A stretch of DNA of 56,080 nt, counting the filler, from Dirinaria sp. TL-2023a (lineage: Eukaryota), in NCBI GenBank assembly GCA_051941275.1. It is 2 parts of 2 records of this genome, joined end to end, with 100 filler letters (N's around TTAATTAATTAA, not from the genome) between each part and the next. Parts side by side here need not be neighbours in the genome. Positions count along the whole stretch, not along the records: positions 1 to 28,005 come from JAVEBF010000131.1; positions 28,106 to 56,080 come from JAVEBF010000132.1. One strand, 5' to 3'. The notes under the pieces are model-generated. The model was given only the letters and a program-made list of their open reading frames with translations. It did not search any database and had not been told where the DNA came from. Position numbers and translations under genes: made by a program. Of the stretch, positions 25,657 to 38,301 are shown one piece after another. How positions within the stretch are numbered: the first letter of the stretch is position 1; every line of letters begins with the position of its first letter.

Positions 25657-27060
25657 CCTGCTCGTTGCATGAGCTATGCGGCTATAGAGCTTGGAGGAGT
25701 TATGGGTCTGGTAGTAGGAGGAGTTAAAGAATATTCCTGGGTGATGAGACAGTCATGGTCAAAAAGACCCAGATAACAGGCGAGTAGGTGGAAGATGAGA
25801 ACAGCCAGGTAGCCTAAAGTAGGTATTGTTGAAGGGGCGAATTCCGAGAAATGCGTAGGCTGTGAAGGTGCGGCGTCGACGCTAACCAAAAGTATGCCAG
25901 ATGATGTGCAAGAAATGGTCGTATGCTGGGTTATGTAAGCATGCGCTAATGCGACTCCGATCCTGTGCCTTGATCGAAAGCGGTTAGAGCATCGCCACAC
26001 CTCAACAATCTTGAAAGAAGATACTTTACGAAAAACTTGTAGTTTACCTTACCTACCTCGACGAGCTCAGAAACATTCGACATCTGATTGAGATCTCGTA
26101 TTCGAGCGATTGTCGTCTCATTTCCCTGATACGATGATTGACATCTTCCATGCGTGGATTCATGCGGCACTTTCAACCCTCTTCTTAGCCTACAATACCT
26201 GATACTCTGATGCGTCAACACATGGAGATATTTCGACTCAGGGCATCGATCTCTCGGCGTTGCGACCCATCCTCGAGCTAGCTGATCATCGCAAGATAAA
26301 TAGGTATTTATCTTGTGTGGCTCGTGATCAAATTGACGAATATATCCAATGATCTGGCAGGGCGCTAATTTCACGCACATCAGCAACTCAGGATAAATGC
26401 GTGTTAATAAAGTCAAGATCAACGAGACCATCGCTGAAGCGCTGCTTTCAAGTATTAAAAATCGTCGGTGCTGTATCATTGCAACCGCAGAAGAGGTCAA
26501 CGCAAGTGGATCTTAAGCCAACAGGGATCGCGAACACGGGAAAGAAATGAAATAGTGCAATAATGGAAAGAGCATTCGTTCTTGCGAGAGCACGAGGTGG
26601 GGACTGACTTTGTTAATGACCTTGGGTTTGAATCGCTCTTCAGTCAACTAATTCACGAACTCTGCCTTCATTTATAAACTCGATTTCATAGACGTTTTTC
26701 CAAACAGCAGTCAAAAGGCTCTCCTTCTGTAGTCGTGCTTCTCATGAACACGACTTCCTTTTCTCCTGTATATGTCTCTATGGAGTTTCAGATGTGATTG
26801 TAACCTCGCTACTCTCGCTTGTACCCAGAACACAATGCACCTGCATGTATCCGATGGCTTGTTACTTCCACGAACCCAAAGATCCCTTGCATCCAACCTT
26901 CCCTTGAGCTGCAGCTGGGTGTAACTCCACGCTGGAACCACCTGCCTACCTTCTTGAACCCTTTGAAACCCCACCTCCCACAATGATCCCCTCAGTCAAG
27001 TTCCCATAATCTCCCCAAAAAAAATCAAAAAAATCAAAAAATTCTGGATATCCCACAAAG

Positions 27061-27992
27061 ATGAACATCGAGGACGCACAACCACCACACAATGCCCCCA
27101 TTGCCCCAGCTCTTCATGGCTCAACGACAGGGTCCAACAGACTCCCCTTCATCGACTGGCTACCACACAGCGCTCGAAACCATATCGTCGCCATGAGCGG
27201 GGAATTCACAGGCACATTCCTGTTTCTATTGTTCAGCTTCGCCGGAACCCAAGTGGCGAAGACGACGAACAAGCAAACCGAGTCACAACCTGCAGCCGCA
27301 ACGACAGTGGCGCAGGGACCGAACCCCGCCCAGCTGCTCTATATCAGCCTTTGCTTCGGGTTCTCGCTCGCGGTGAACGCGTGGGTGTTTTTCCGTATCT
27401 CGGGGGGCCTGTTTAATCCGGCGTGAGTTTAAACTTTTTCAAGCGATGAGCTAAAACCTCAATTGATACATCATCGGGCAGCGTGACGCTGGGGATGTGT
27501 CTCATCGGCGCCATGTCCTGGCTTCGCGGGCTTCTAATCGCTATATCCCAAGCCGTCGGCGCGATCGCCTCGGCCGGGGTCGTGAGCGCCCTTTTCCCAG
27601 GCCCACTCGTGATCCGAACCTCGCTGGGAGGGGGCACGAGAGTCGTGCAGGGCCTTTTCATCGAGATGTTCCTCACCGCGCAGCTCGTTTTCACCATCTT
27701 CATGCTGGCCGCCGAGAAGCATAAAGCTACTTTCATAGCGCCTATTGGCATCGGGCTTTCATTGTTCATTGCCGAGCTTACCGGTACGGATTGAATTTTT
27801 TCTTTTTCCCTTTTTCTTTTTTTTGGCTGCTTTCCTCCTTTTACTTCTTACCTCCCCCATTCCCATCTCCCACGCCATGCCACTAAAACAGCCATCTATC
27901 AATCAGGCGTATACCACACAGGCGGCTCCGTGAATCCCGCCCGCTCACTAGGTCCATGCGTGATCCTCCATTCCTTCTACACGTATCACTGG
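27061..27992 (+). CDS. Aquaporin (MIP family), 3' end lost in assembly gap
   Basis: GEFTGTFLFL, first NPA (SGGLFNPA) split by intron 27423-27481, exon 2 27482-27783, exon 3 27907-27992 with second NPA (GGSVNPARSLGP..YHW). A GTAAGT donor at 27993 runs into the Ns. Confidence 0.93.
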
Positions 27993-28005
27993 GTAAGTCC
28001 CTCCC

Positions 28006-28105
28006 NNNNNNNNNNNNNNNNNNNNNNNNNNNNNNNNNNNNNNNNNNNNTTAATTAATTAANNNNNNNNNNNNNNNNNNNNNNNNNNNNNNNNNNNNNNN
28101 NNNNN
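28006..28105. other. Artificial assembly gap/contig linker (44 N + TTAATTAATTAA + 44 N)
   Basis: Exactly 100 nt and symmetric. The central 12-mer puts stop codons in all six frames. Confidence 0.97.
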
Positions 28106-28459
28106 CAATGGACGTGGTTCGACCGCGGACATGGATTGCGTTGTGAAGTGTGAAAAGGTCATGCCGTGTGCTGGTGGTGGTGCTAGTGCCAGTGCTGGTG
28201 CTGGTGTTGGAGCAAGGATGTAAGGTGGCAGCGTTGCTGTTGCTGCCGGTGGTCGCTGTTGGGAGCTTGTTGTTTGTCTGCTGCTGCTGCTGCTGCTACG
28301 GACAAGGGATTCCCGGCCGGGTGGGATCCCGCTGTTGGGCGTGTTGTTGTCCATGGTTACGTATCGGACATTTTGCGAGGATGGCCCGCGGGTGCGGCCT
28401 ATGCCGTTGTTGGGGGGGCTGTTGGAGCGGGTATCTAAATATGTTCGTGGTGCTGCCAT
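28106..28459 (-). CDS. 5' fragment of an unidentified low-complexity (Ser/Pro/Ala-rich) protein, truncated by the gap
   Basis: Open frame from ATG 28459 (MAAPRTYLDTRSNSPP...) to the Ns, with a pyrimidine-rich leader upstream. No recognisable domain. Confidence 0.45.
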
Positions 28460-29161
28460 GATTAATGGGGAGCGTTTGGAGATGAGCTGATCTGGAAGCT
28501 GGGCGTTCTAGGTTGATGCTTTGGAGATAAGCGGAGGAAGGACTGGTGGTCTGACTTGGGTAATATGAGAGAGAGAAAAGCGTTCGCCGTTTCTTTTCGA
28601 TGGATATCTCGTTCTGCTATTGATTCTCGCCAGGAGCTGTGATAGGAGGTAGCCAAAGACAATTGACAGGGGAATGCAGAAAGGAGACGGGGGAAGAGAC
28701 ATTATATACTCAAGCCACGGCCCGCTGTAAGAGTCATCCGCCATGAATGCTGAGGACTGAGTCTTTTTCGTGGAGGGCATGCACGATTCGTTCACTAGGA
28801 AAAAAAGAGAAAAAGATGATAGTCAATTACTTTGACATGATCGATGTGGCCGGTGTTTCAGAGATGCGTATGAGGCATAGAAGGCCCATGGTTTTGCTCT
28901 TGAATCCATAGCATGAGACATGCTCCCCAGAGGAAGCTCGCAAGCAAACCAGTGTTCATCAAGATTTCGGCAGGCTTCATTCCAGCCATTCTAGAAAATG
29001 ACTCGAGAACGAAGGCAACTGGTGAACAAGAAGACGCTTTGTTAGATTCATGCTTTTTACCACCATCCCATGCAAAAGCCAAACATCTGCACTAGATGAA
29101 TGGCCGACTGCTAAATTAAAAGAGCTTCAAGAAAGGATGCAGTAGTGTAAAATTTACAAAC

Positions 29162-32100
29162 CTATCCGCCAGCGATGACTGCCAGCCCTTCATATATCAT
29201 ACGCTTCACAGCGAAAAAGGACCCTTCACTCGCTCGTGTCCGTAGATCCGGGAAGGAGAGGCCCCCACCCTCGACCTCGATCTTCCCTGTACCGGATTTC
29301 CTTACAGCAACAAGCCCATCGATCAATAATGTCCCTTCGCCCCGAAATTCAGCAGTGTGGCCTGCCGATTGAAGAATCTTCCTCAAGTCGGCAAGTCTGA
29401 GATCGCCAACGTGTAGAGGCTGAGCTACCGAACGGGTCGCTGCTGCCATATTCGCTGGTAGGACGTCGAGGACAGGAACGAGTTCCGCGGGTTTTGCTGG
29501 TGATGGAGGAGCTTCTTCTACTAGCGAGCTCACAGTCTCCTGCTTTGCCAATTTCTGTTTCTTTCTAGCCGCCTCCGTTTGCAACACGTCACCAACAGTC
29601 GTTGCAGCTAATTGCCCTACAAGAGTGACCACACCCATGCCTTTAACGTCCTGCCAATGAAAGCGTCGGACAAGTGCTTCGCTCAATTTCACAGTCCAAG
29701 CATTGGTGTCGACACTGGCGTTGATCAACTCGCCATCCGTTGGTGTATATACTAAGGTCTCTGTGACTGCTTCCTTAGATTGGGCGTTTAGTTTCTGTCT
29801 GCAATCATCCGCAAGATAACGCGTCTCTGAGAGGGTACCAGCGACCAAGATAAGTTTCTTTGGCTGTATCAAGGGAATCAGCATGGATAGGCTTCGCTGG
29901 TCGTGTATGCCCGAAAAGTCGACAAAGCCAATCCGCAGATGAATCTGGATAGTGATGGTCTCTGTTTTGACCTTTGATGGGCCGGTTGGGGAATCTTCAG
30001 CTTCGTCCTCGGATCCGCTAGATGGATCCTCATAATTTATGGTTTCATCTTTGGCTCCGCCATCGCCATTACTTGCATCCGTTGTGGGCCTTCTTCGAGG
30101 GTCAAGGGTGATCTGTCTGCGCTTGTTGCTGCCGCTTGAGCCACGTCTATCGGTGCCATTTTGTAGCCCAGACTCCTGCCATTTCCGTTTCTGGCCAAGT
30201 TTCGTCTCCTTACCAGGTTCATTATCACGTAAGCCCTGCCCATCAATGTCGTCGCGCTCTTCTGCCCTAAGGTAATCATCTGGATTGATGAGTTCTCCAA
30301 AGTCATCTCCACGTCGTCGCTTGCTCAGAAAGGGGTACATCTGCTCTCTACCTTTCTTGCCACGAACATAATAGTCGTATACTCCAGGGCGGCGTAGAAG
30401 GGCGTTTACACCTACGTCCTCCCTAGCCTGCCCCAACTTGTTGCGATTGAAGTGCGCAACCACAGCAGACGTATTGAGCGCTTTCCCTTGCCTCTCAGGA
30501 TCTGACTCTTCGGAGGAAGAAGAGCTTGTGGAGGACGTCTCATCAAGAGCATCGGCTGCGGTCTCCAAGGCATTCCCGTTGCTGGCTGGCACTGTGTTTT
30601 GCAGTCTTCTCTGGGTAGCAAGATATTGTTGATACATCAGTAGCTCCTTTCCCTCGAGCGGAATGCGGTCCGAAATTTGAAGGCTCAGCTCGCGACCCCC
30701 CGTGTATACTTGTTCGATGGTTTGACCGCCCGGAATGGTCTCCACAGCAATGCCATCTTGTCGCTCGTGATACCATTGCCAGAGTGTCCCAATAATGCTG
30801 CTGCCTGCTTCCTTGTAGTCATTGGTGCCGTTGCTTTGATTGGTCAAAACCACGAGATTCGATGGCTCTCCTGCGATGCGTCGAAGGATGTCCTTAGAGA
30901 AGCCCCACTGCAAAGAGGTATCACTTGCTAAGATAACGCTTGGACCTTTCGCCAACACAGCTCTTTCAACTTGCGATCTACGCTCCAGCATTTTCAAATA
31001 TTGAAAATCAAAGGGGCCACTGGGCTTTCCAGCCTGACTTCGATTTCCGTCCGGAAGCTGCTTGCTGTTGGTACGTTTGTGCTGCTGCTGCTGCTGACTG
31101 TTGAAATTGCTAGATTCGCTTTCAAACTCTCGCACCACAGATTCATCCATCCATTCAAGCATGCTTCTTGCATATGTCATCGTGGCTCCGGCGTTCTTAC
31201 TCGCTAAGTAGAGCTTTGAAGCTCGCAACGCACTGTCTCTGTTGCCATCAGGAGCTTCCTTTCGCCACGCTTGGCGCCATGCGTGTTCCAGGAGATAGGC
31301 CAGCTCCAAGACCCTAGCGCTGGTGTCTGTCGGGATCAAGACAACACCTCCCTTACCAAGAGCGGTACTGATCATGTCAATGAGAAGGTCATCCCTTTTC
31401 TTTCGTCCTCCGGCCAGCGGGCTCCTTTCAGCTCCTTTCGCACTACACACCATTGCGGTCGGTTTCCGGAGTTGTTCGATAACCTCTGCGCCGGAACCTC
31501 CTAGCCATGCAGCCCCACTGAAGACATTTTCTCTGACCTGGTTCCAATCGACCGCGTAGACCACGGATTCCATACCATGTTGTAAATGCCATATTGTGCC
31601 ACCCAGTGTGTGTCCAGCGCTGTATGCGGTGACCGTAAGTCCGTTAAGAGGTGGAGAAAACGGCGATGGGAGCGGTTGGTGGGGTTGGGAGTATTTCAGC
31701 GGGTGAATTCGAGCAAAGTATTGCCCAATTTCGTCGTATGAAGGTGGCTGCAGAAGGATATTCAACGAGTTCTCGGCAGCCGATGGTTGGTAGGAGTATG
31801 AGGCACCCAGGAGAGAGTCTTGCGGTATTATGGTAGATGCCAGGGGTGTGGAGGCGTAGATGTCTTGCAGGAGTGTGCGACCGAGAGATATGACAGGAGT
31901 GGTTGCATAAGTAGGTATCTGAGTAAATTGAGGAAAATGTTTGCAGCAATGGGCGTAAGCTGCTAGATGAGAAGGAGTTGCATGTGTGAGTAGGATGATG
32001 GAAAGGCTAGGTACATGTCTAGAAGGAAAATTGGTCAGTGGGCTGGCAATGGATATGGATCGGGCAAGGCTGTCAAATAACACTTCTGATAATTTGTTTG

Positions 32101-32336
32101 ATGAAGCTAGCATACACAGGTCATTCTTCCTAGCAGCTGGACAGGCGAGTCCCCCCTTCCTTACAGTCGTGCAGGTGGGAATGCACCTACCTTTTCAGCC
32201 TTTCCAGCTCGACTACTTCGAACCCATTGCCCCAACCAACATCTATGAGAACTTTTATACCGCCTTCAAACTCCAGAAGAGACTGTGAAGCGTCAGAGCT
32301 CGAATGTGACCCCAGCAATGGGATGAAGTTGAACAT
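29162..32336 (-). CDS. CFT2: Cleavage and polyadenylation specificity factor subunit 2 (CPSF100), 2 exons
   Basis: MFNFIPLLG..LEFEGGIKVLIDVGW..|HVPSLSIILLTH, AYSAGHTLGGTIW..VVYAVDWN, VLIPTDTSARVLEL, DDFGELINPDDY, FVDFSGIHDQRSL, LHVGDLRLADLR..AEFRGEGTL (metallo-beta-lactamase/beta-CASP CPSF100). Confidence 0.96.
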
Positions 32337-33060
32337 TCTGACTCGATCATGCTTGTTTTGAGTTGTACTAGAATGTCGGCAGCAACTCAACGTACTCGAC
32401 CTGCTCCCATAATGAATCCAAAGTCTTGTGCCGGGGAGAGTGCAGATGTGAGAGAATTCTTTGTATTGGTCAAGTCTACATCGAGCTTAACATTACTTGG
32501 TACCTGAGGCTCCTGAGGCTTGGCTAGATCCTTAGATGCGCGACATTCTTGTTGTCATTCATTCAATATTATGCACTTCAATATTGAGGCGACAGGGAAT
32601 TTCCGAGCTTCCCTCCGACTCCGAGCCCTCCTTGCCATGTTTCCGAGGGTTCCGTCTTTCCCAAAAGCCGTTACATACAACAAAACTTATTATGGATCCT
32701 GTCAGCTTTTGCTGGCAAAACTTCTCAGGGTACACGATCACACATGGAAGGTTAAAATCTAGAGAAGGCGCAAATTCCCTGCAGAGAATCCGATCATGCA
32801 ACGGTATGTATTGCTAGATACACTCTTAACGCACTCCCTGTATCGTAAACCGGCCTGCATGCATAGATAAAGTGGGACCATGAGATCCGGCACCTGTCCT
32901 CTGACAAGAGGTCATAGACAAGGTAACAAAAGGAAAACCTTCATGCTGTGTCCTTGTCGGATAGAAAATCCCTAACCCAGCCTCGCGAACCATCCATTGA
33001 CAATATGAGGTACCATGCCCAGGAATGCGTCATTACCCAATCCCTGGACAAGCCTTTGTT

Positions 33061-33795
<735 letters not shown>

Positions 33796-35544
33796 TTTGT
33801 TTTTAGGTATGTTCGTGCGAAGCTCTTGTTCAAGGTCTGATGTATTCTGATTCAAGGTGATCCAGGTGTTCGTGTAGGTCTGTGGAGTGAGAAGCGGTTG
33901 ATCCAGAGATCGATTGTTGTACGAGGTACAAGACAGCTGAGGCTTGACAAATGAAGCTAGCTCCTTCCGAGGCGCGGTGGCGCGGTGGCGCGATTATAGA
34001 AAAAAAAGAACAGAACGTTCTCGCCTTTGTGAATGACACAACTGTCTTACTAAGCAACTCTCAACCCTTGCAGGCCTTTCACCTTTATCACACTATATTG
34101 ATCACAACATTTGATATCACACTGGTGGGTGGAAGTGATGTGGAGCAAGGATTGAGCATAACAAGACCGGTTTCGAATCTGCAACATGAGCGACATGTGT
34201 GACGATCTTTGCCGGCCTCGGCAGCAACACGTTTGTGATGCCACGAGTTCACGGATTGCTGTGCATACTGCATACATGTAAATCAGGCCGATTGAAGGGA
34301 TTCTTCAAAGGTTCCGCACACAGTAAATGATAGCTTTTGACTCTGGCACTTGCGACGAGTTCCATGCACTACAGCTTCCAGTAATCAGCTGCTCTATCCC
34401 ACAAGAACAGTCAGGTGACGAGCCTGATAAAGAAGAGCATTTCCAGTAGAAGTAGAATGGTCTATCACTGATGAAGTAGAAAGAGAAGTTGCGATACAAG
34501 CTTGGGGCGCATCATCTGGAGAGGAATGAATCTATTGTCTTGGCTAGGCTACATGTAGATACTTATCTAACTAATTGATTAGCGTCTAACAATAAGTAGC
34601 TGTCGCCTTTCTGCCTCCAGGGTTTTTTATGAGTTTTTTTTGTTCCTTCTGATTTCGGATCCCAGGGGTACTTAGCTGCAAGACGCTGCTCTTAAGTCGT
34701 CGATGCTGTCAATTGCACTTTTGGAGCAGCTGCAGATCTGGGTCAACACAAGATCCTCCGCACGGTAGCAAACAGGCTGGTTCGGGTTTCAGACCCAGTA
34801 GCTAACTTGATAATAGAGCTTTCCAGGCAGCGCTGGATCCATCCGCTGCTTCTGAGTACAGAATGATGCTGGAATAATATGGCCGTAAAGGCGCGCTCGG
34901 ATCCTAATTTAATACCAGATAATTGAGGGGTGAGGGTGATCCACTGGCTGGCTTTAGCCAGATCCATGGGTAGTGAGCGGATTGTCTGCAGGGACGTAGA
35001 TGATGACGAATGGTGAACTGTGCTCTGTAAAGTGCTGGCTTTTGAAAGGCCAAAAGATGCAAGACGACGTTCCAGTCTAGAATGTCCGTCTGACGAGTTG
35101 TGTTTCTTGTTTTCAAAGACGTAAAAGGATGAGCAGGAAGTACCGAGCGGCTAGAGAGCAAAACAATTGGAGTCCGAGCTCCTTGGTGTGGGTAATCCTG
35201 TCTCCAAACGCCAAGTAGCTCTGACCGGTTTATGACCAAGGATGCCGCCCATCTAGACTCAAAGCTGCTAGGCTAAGGTCACCGAACGCCAGTCATTGAT
35301 CACATATCCCTTGATAGATGCGAAAGTCGAAGTTGCAAAGATCAGAAAGTCATTATGGCAGAAGGTACTAGTATGTCGTATGTGGAAGGTAAGGCGTATG
35401 CACAATTTTTTGGCGAGCGAACTTTTGTTTGGTGGAGAATAATATGCGTGCAAAGCGAAACCGCATTTGCAGTACAGGACATCGGTCACACAGCATCAAA
35501 TGGAAAGCAGATGGTCGATGTGCATACGCTGTGAGCGGCTACAG

Positions 35545-37281
35545 TTAAGATCTGACAGCAGAGGCAGTCCCACTGACCTGCTGAGGGCCGCTATTGGTTC
35601 GTGCTTGCTGGTCGCGAGAGGCTCCTTTTTGCTGCCCGTACGGATTTCCCTGGCTGCGGGCATTCCGTTGATAGTTGCTAGAGTTCTGCTGCTGGAACTG
35701 GCCACGTCCAGCTCCTTGGTTGCGCCCCTGAATAGAGTGCCCACCGTTTGACTGACCACGACCGCCTCGGCTTGCACCTCCATTTCGATGGTCCTGTCCC
35801 GGGGCTTGACGTTGGCCACTGACATTTGACACGGGTCGAGGAATGTTCTCTGGTGAATCGTATACATAGAGCTTCTTGTCGATTGATTCTGGAATAGGTT
35901 GAATTTCAGTTCCCAACTCCTGCTCGACCTTGTACAAATTGAGCCTGTCGTTCCAAGTAATGAGGTTGATTGCCAGGCCAAGATGACCGAAGCGGCCTGA
36001 ACGACCAATACGGTGCAAGTACGTCTCTGCATTTTTGGGGAAGTCGAAGTTGATGACCACGTTGACTGCCTGAATATCGATACCACGAGTGAGCAGGTCC
36101 GAGCAAACTAGGTTGCGACAGACCCCATTACGAAAATCGTGAAAGACCCGGTTACGGTTGTGCTGAAGCATACGAGCATGGGAATAGAAGCAGGAGTAGT
36201 TGAGCTCAGTGATTTTCTTCGCAAGGAGCTCTACCCGGTTTGTTGAATTGCAGAAGATGATGGACTGGTTGATCTGAAGTCTCGAGAAAAGCGTATTTAA
36301 GCAATGAACCTTCTGGCTCTCATCCACATAACAGTAGTACTGCGTCACCCCGCGAAGGGTGAGCTCGTCCATCAAGTTGATCTCGTGGGGGTTCTTCATG
36401 TGTTTATCCTGATGACAATCAGCGAGTAGACCAAGCCAGATAGGTACGGAAGCACATTACCTTGAAAGACTTGACCATAATTGGAAAGGTAGCACTGAAA
36501 AGCATGACTTGGCGGTCATCAGGGTGAAAGGATAGCAATTCTTCGATGACGGGCGTGAATTCGGGAGAAAGAAGCTTATCAGCTTCATCCATAACGAAGC
36601 TCAAGCATTCGCTAAGGTCGGCGACTTTCTGTCTCGCCAGGTCTAGGATTCGGCCAGGTGTGCCTACTATGATATGAACAGCGTCTTTCAAGCGCATAAT
36701 GTCGTCCTTAAGACCAGTACCCCCCGTAGTGACCATCACGTTTAAGCCAAGATGCTTGCCTAAGGTTTTGCAGACTTGGGACGTCTGGAGTGCAAGCTCT
36801 CGTGTTGGCACCAGTATTAAAGCTTGTGTCTTGGAGTTCTTGGGATTGATTCGTTCCAAGGTGGGGATGACAAAAGCAGCAGTCTTGCCTGTACCATTCT
36901 TTGCCCTAGCTAAAATGTCCCGGCCAGTCAAGGCAACAGGTATAGTTTCTTCTTGAATCGGCGAAGGCTTCTCGAAGCCCGCCTCGAATATGCCCATCAT
37001 TAATTCGCGTTTGATAAGGAAATCTTCGAACTCGAGGCCTTTGGTGGCCGTAACATCCTATAGAGATACTTAGGACCCAAAGGTTTCAGAGCTGGATATT
37101 CTCGAGCCTACCTCTGTTTGTGGCCGCGCATCTTTTGGCTGACCTTTCAACTTCTCTTTCCACGCGCCTTCTTGGGTGTTATCACTGGGAAAATTGAGTT
37201 AGGAGTCTGGCTAGAGCTGTTGGCGGTCTCTACTGACAGGATTTTTGTATTTCCTAGCTGATCTGCAAGTGCAGAAGCCAT
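35545..37281 (-). CDS. DHH1: DEAD-box RNA helicase Dhh1/DDX6, 4 exons
   Basis: [62 protein letters not shown]. Gln/Gly/Arg-rich C-terminal tail. Confidence 0.97.
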
Positions 37282-38301
37282 TATATCGACCGCTGAAAGT
37301 GGCGAAGGTGATGGAAGGTGGCGTAGTGTTGGGATCGGCTCTTCAATAATTTGCTGGTTGGGAAAAGAAACTAACAAGGTTGAGGGGACGAGTACCGAGG
37401 TTCGCTGTGGGCGGGAGGGAGTCTTCAATGGAAACCTTTGTAGCTTGAAGATAAGGTTATTGTGGCTACTGAGCAGTTCTGGAATGATGCTCTTTAGAAA
37501 AGGGAATTGGAAGAGGGCTTTAAGAGGTTTGAATCTGGGATTGATAGTGTCAGATAGGTGAACAGTGTGAGAGCTGAGGTGTTCGAGAGCTTGTGCTGAG
37601 CGAGCAACACTTTCGTCAATACGAGAACAGTATGGAATTGAAGTGGTGAGTCTGAGCGGTGAGTCTAAGAGCTGAATCTGCCGTGTAGAGGTGGCTGTTT
37701 TGCTGCTTTGTTCATTGAAAGTTGAAAGCTTCACCACTGCTTTTTATCATACTGTACGAGTACTTACCTTACTTACCTTAGCTGCCGAGGGTGCCCTGAT
37801 CAGCAAAGGCCAGTCCCAGGACAGTAAGGACCGTCTGCTGCTGCACTCGCTTAGGGCCAGGGTTGACGTGGGTCGATCACCTGCCTTACCTTACCTGAGA
37901 TAAGTCACCTTCCCTACATATCAGCCAAGGCATCATCTACAATCTCTGAAAGGTACCCGATGCAAGAACTGATTTCCTGTACATGATGAAATAGGGTCTA
38001 TTCATCGAAATTTCTCTTTGAATTTCAGAATTGCACGGCCATCATCTCACAAGACATGCTTGGCGTATAGTGAACGGCAGCAGAGACAAGATCTCGCAGG
38101 AGAAGTTGTATTTCTTCTTAGCAGCCTTCCAGAAGAAAATTTAGATATTCGGCTTCTTATGGTACAATGTCCTTGAGGAGTTTATCAACAGCTAAAGTAC
38201 ATCAATACCGGTATGATACACAATGCTTTTTCCCCCTGAACCGTTTGCCGAATATACCTATGAAATGGAAGCAGAGACACGACTGCATGATAGGAGCACC
38301 A

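Noticed and set aside
28050..28061. Perfect palindrome TTAATTAATTAA
   Set aside because: Artificial six-frame-stop spacer inside the N gap, not biological.
32018..32190. Long CFT2 intron as a snoRNA host or nested intron
   Set aside because: No box C/D pair was found, and simple splicing already gives the expected protein junction.
34160..34192. B-box-like GGTTTCGAATC upstream of UBC4
   Set aside because: No cloverleaf stems, A-box spacing or T-run terminator could be built.
35404..35413. Sm-site-like AATTTTTTGG
   Set aside because: No U1/U2/U4/U5 conserved motifs upstream; it lies opposite the likely DHH1 3' UTR.
35496..36086. 196-aa alternative-frame ORF overlapping the DHH1 3' half
   Set aside because: Starts at a non-ATG codon inside a highly conserved helicase exon. 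There is no evidence of independent coding.
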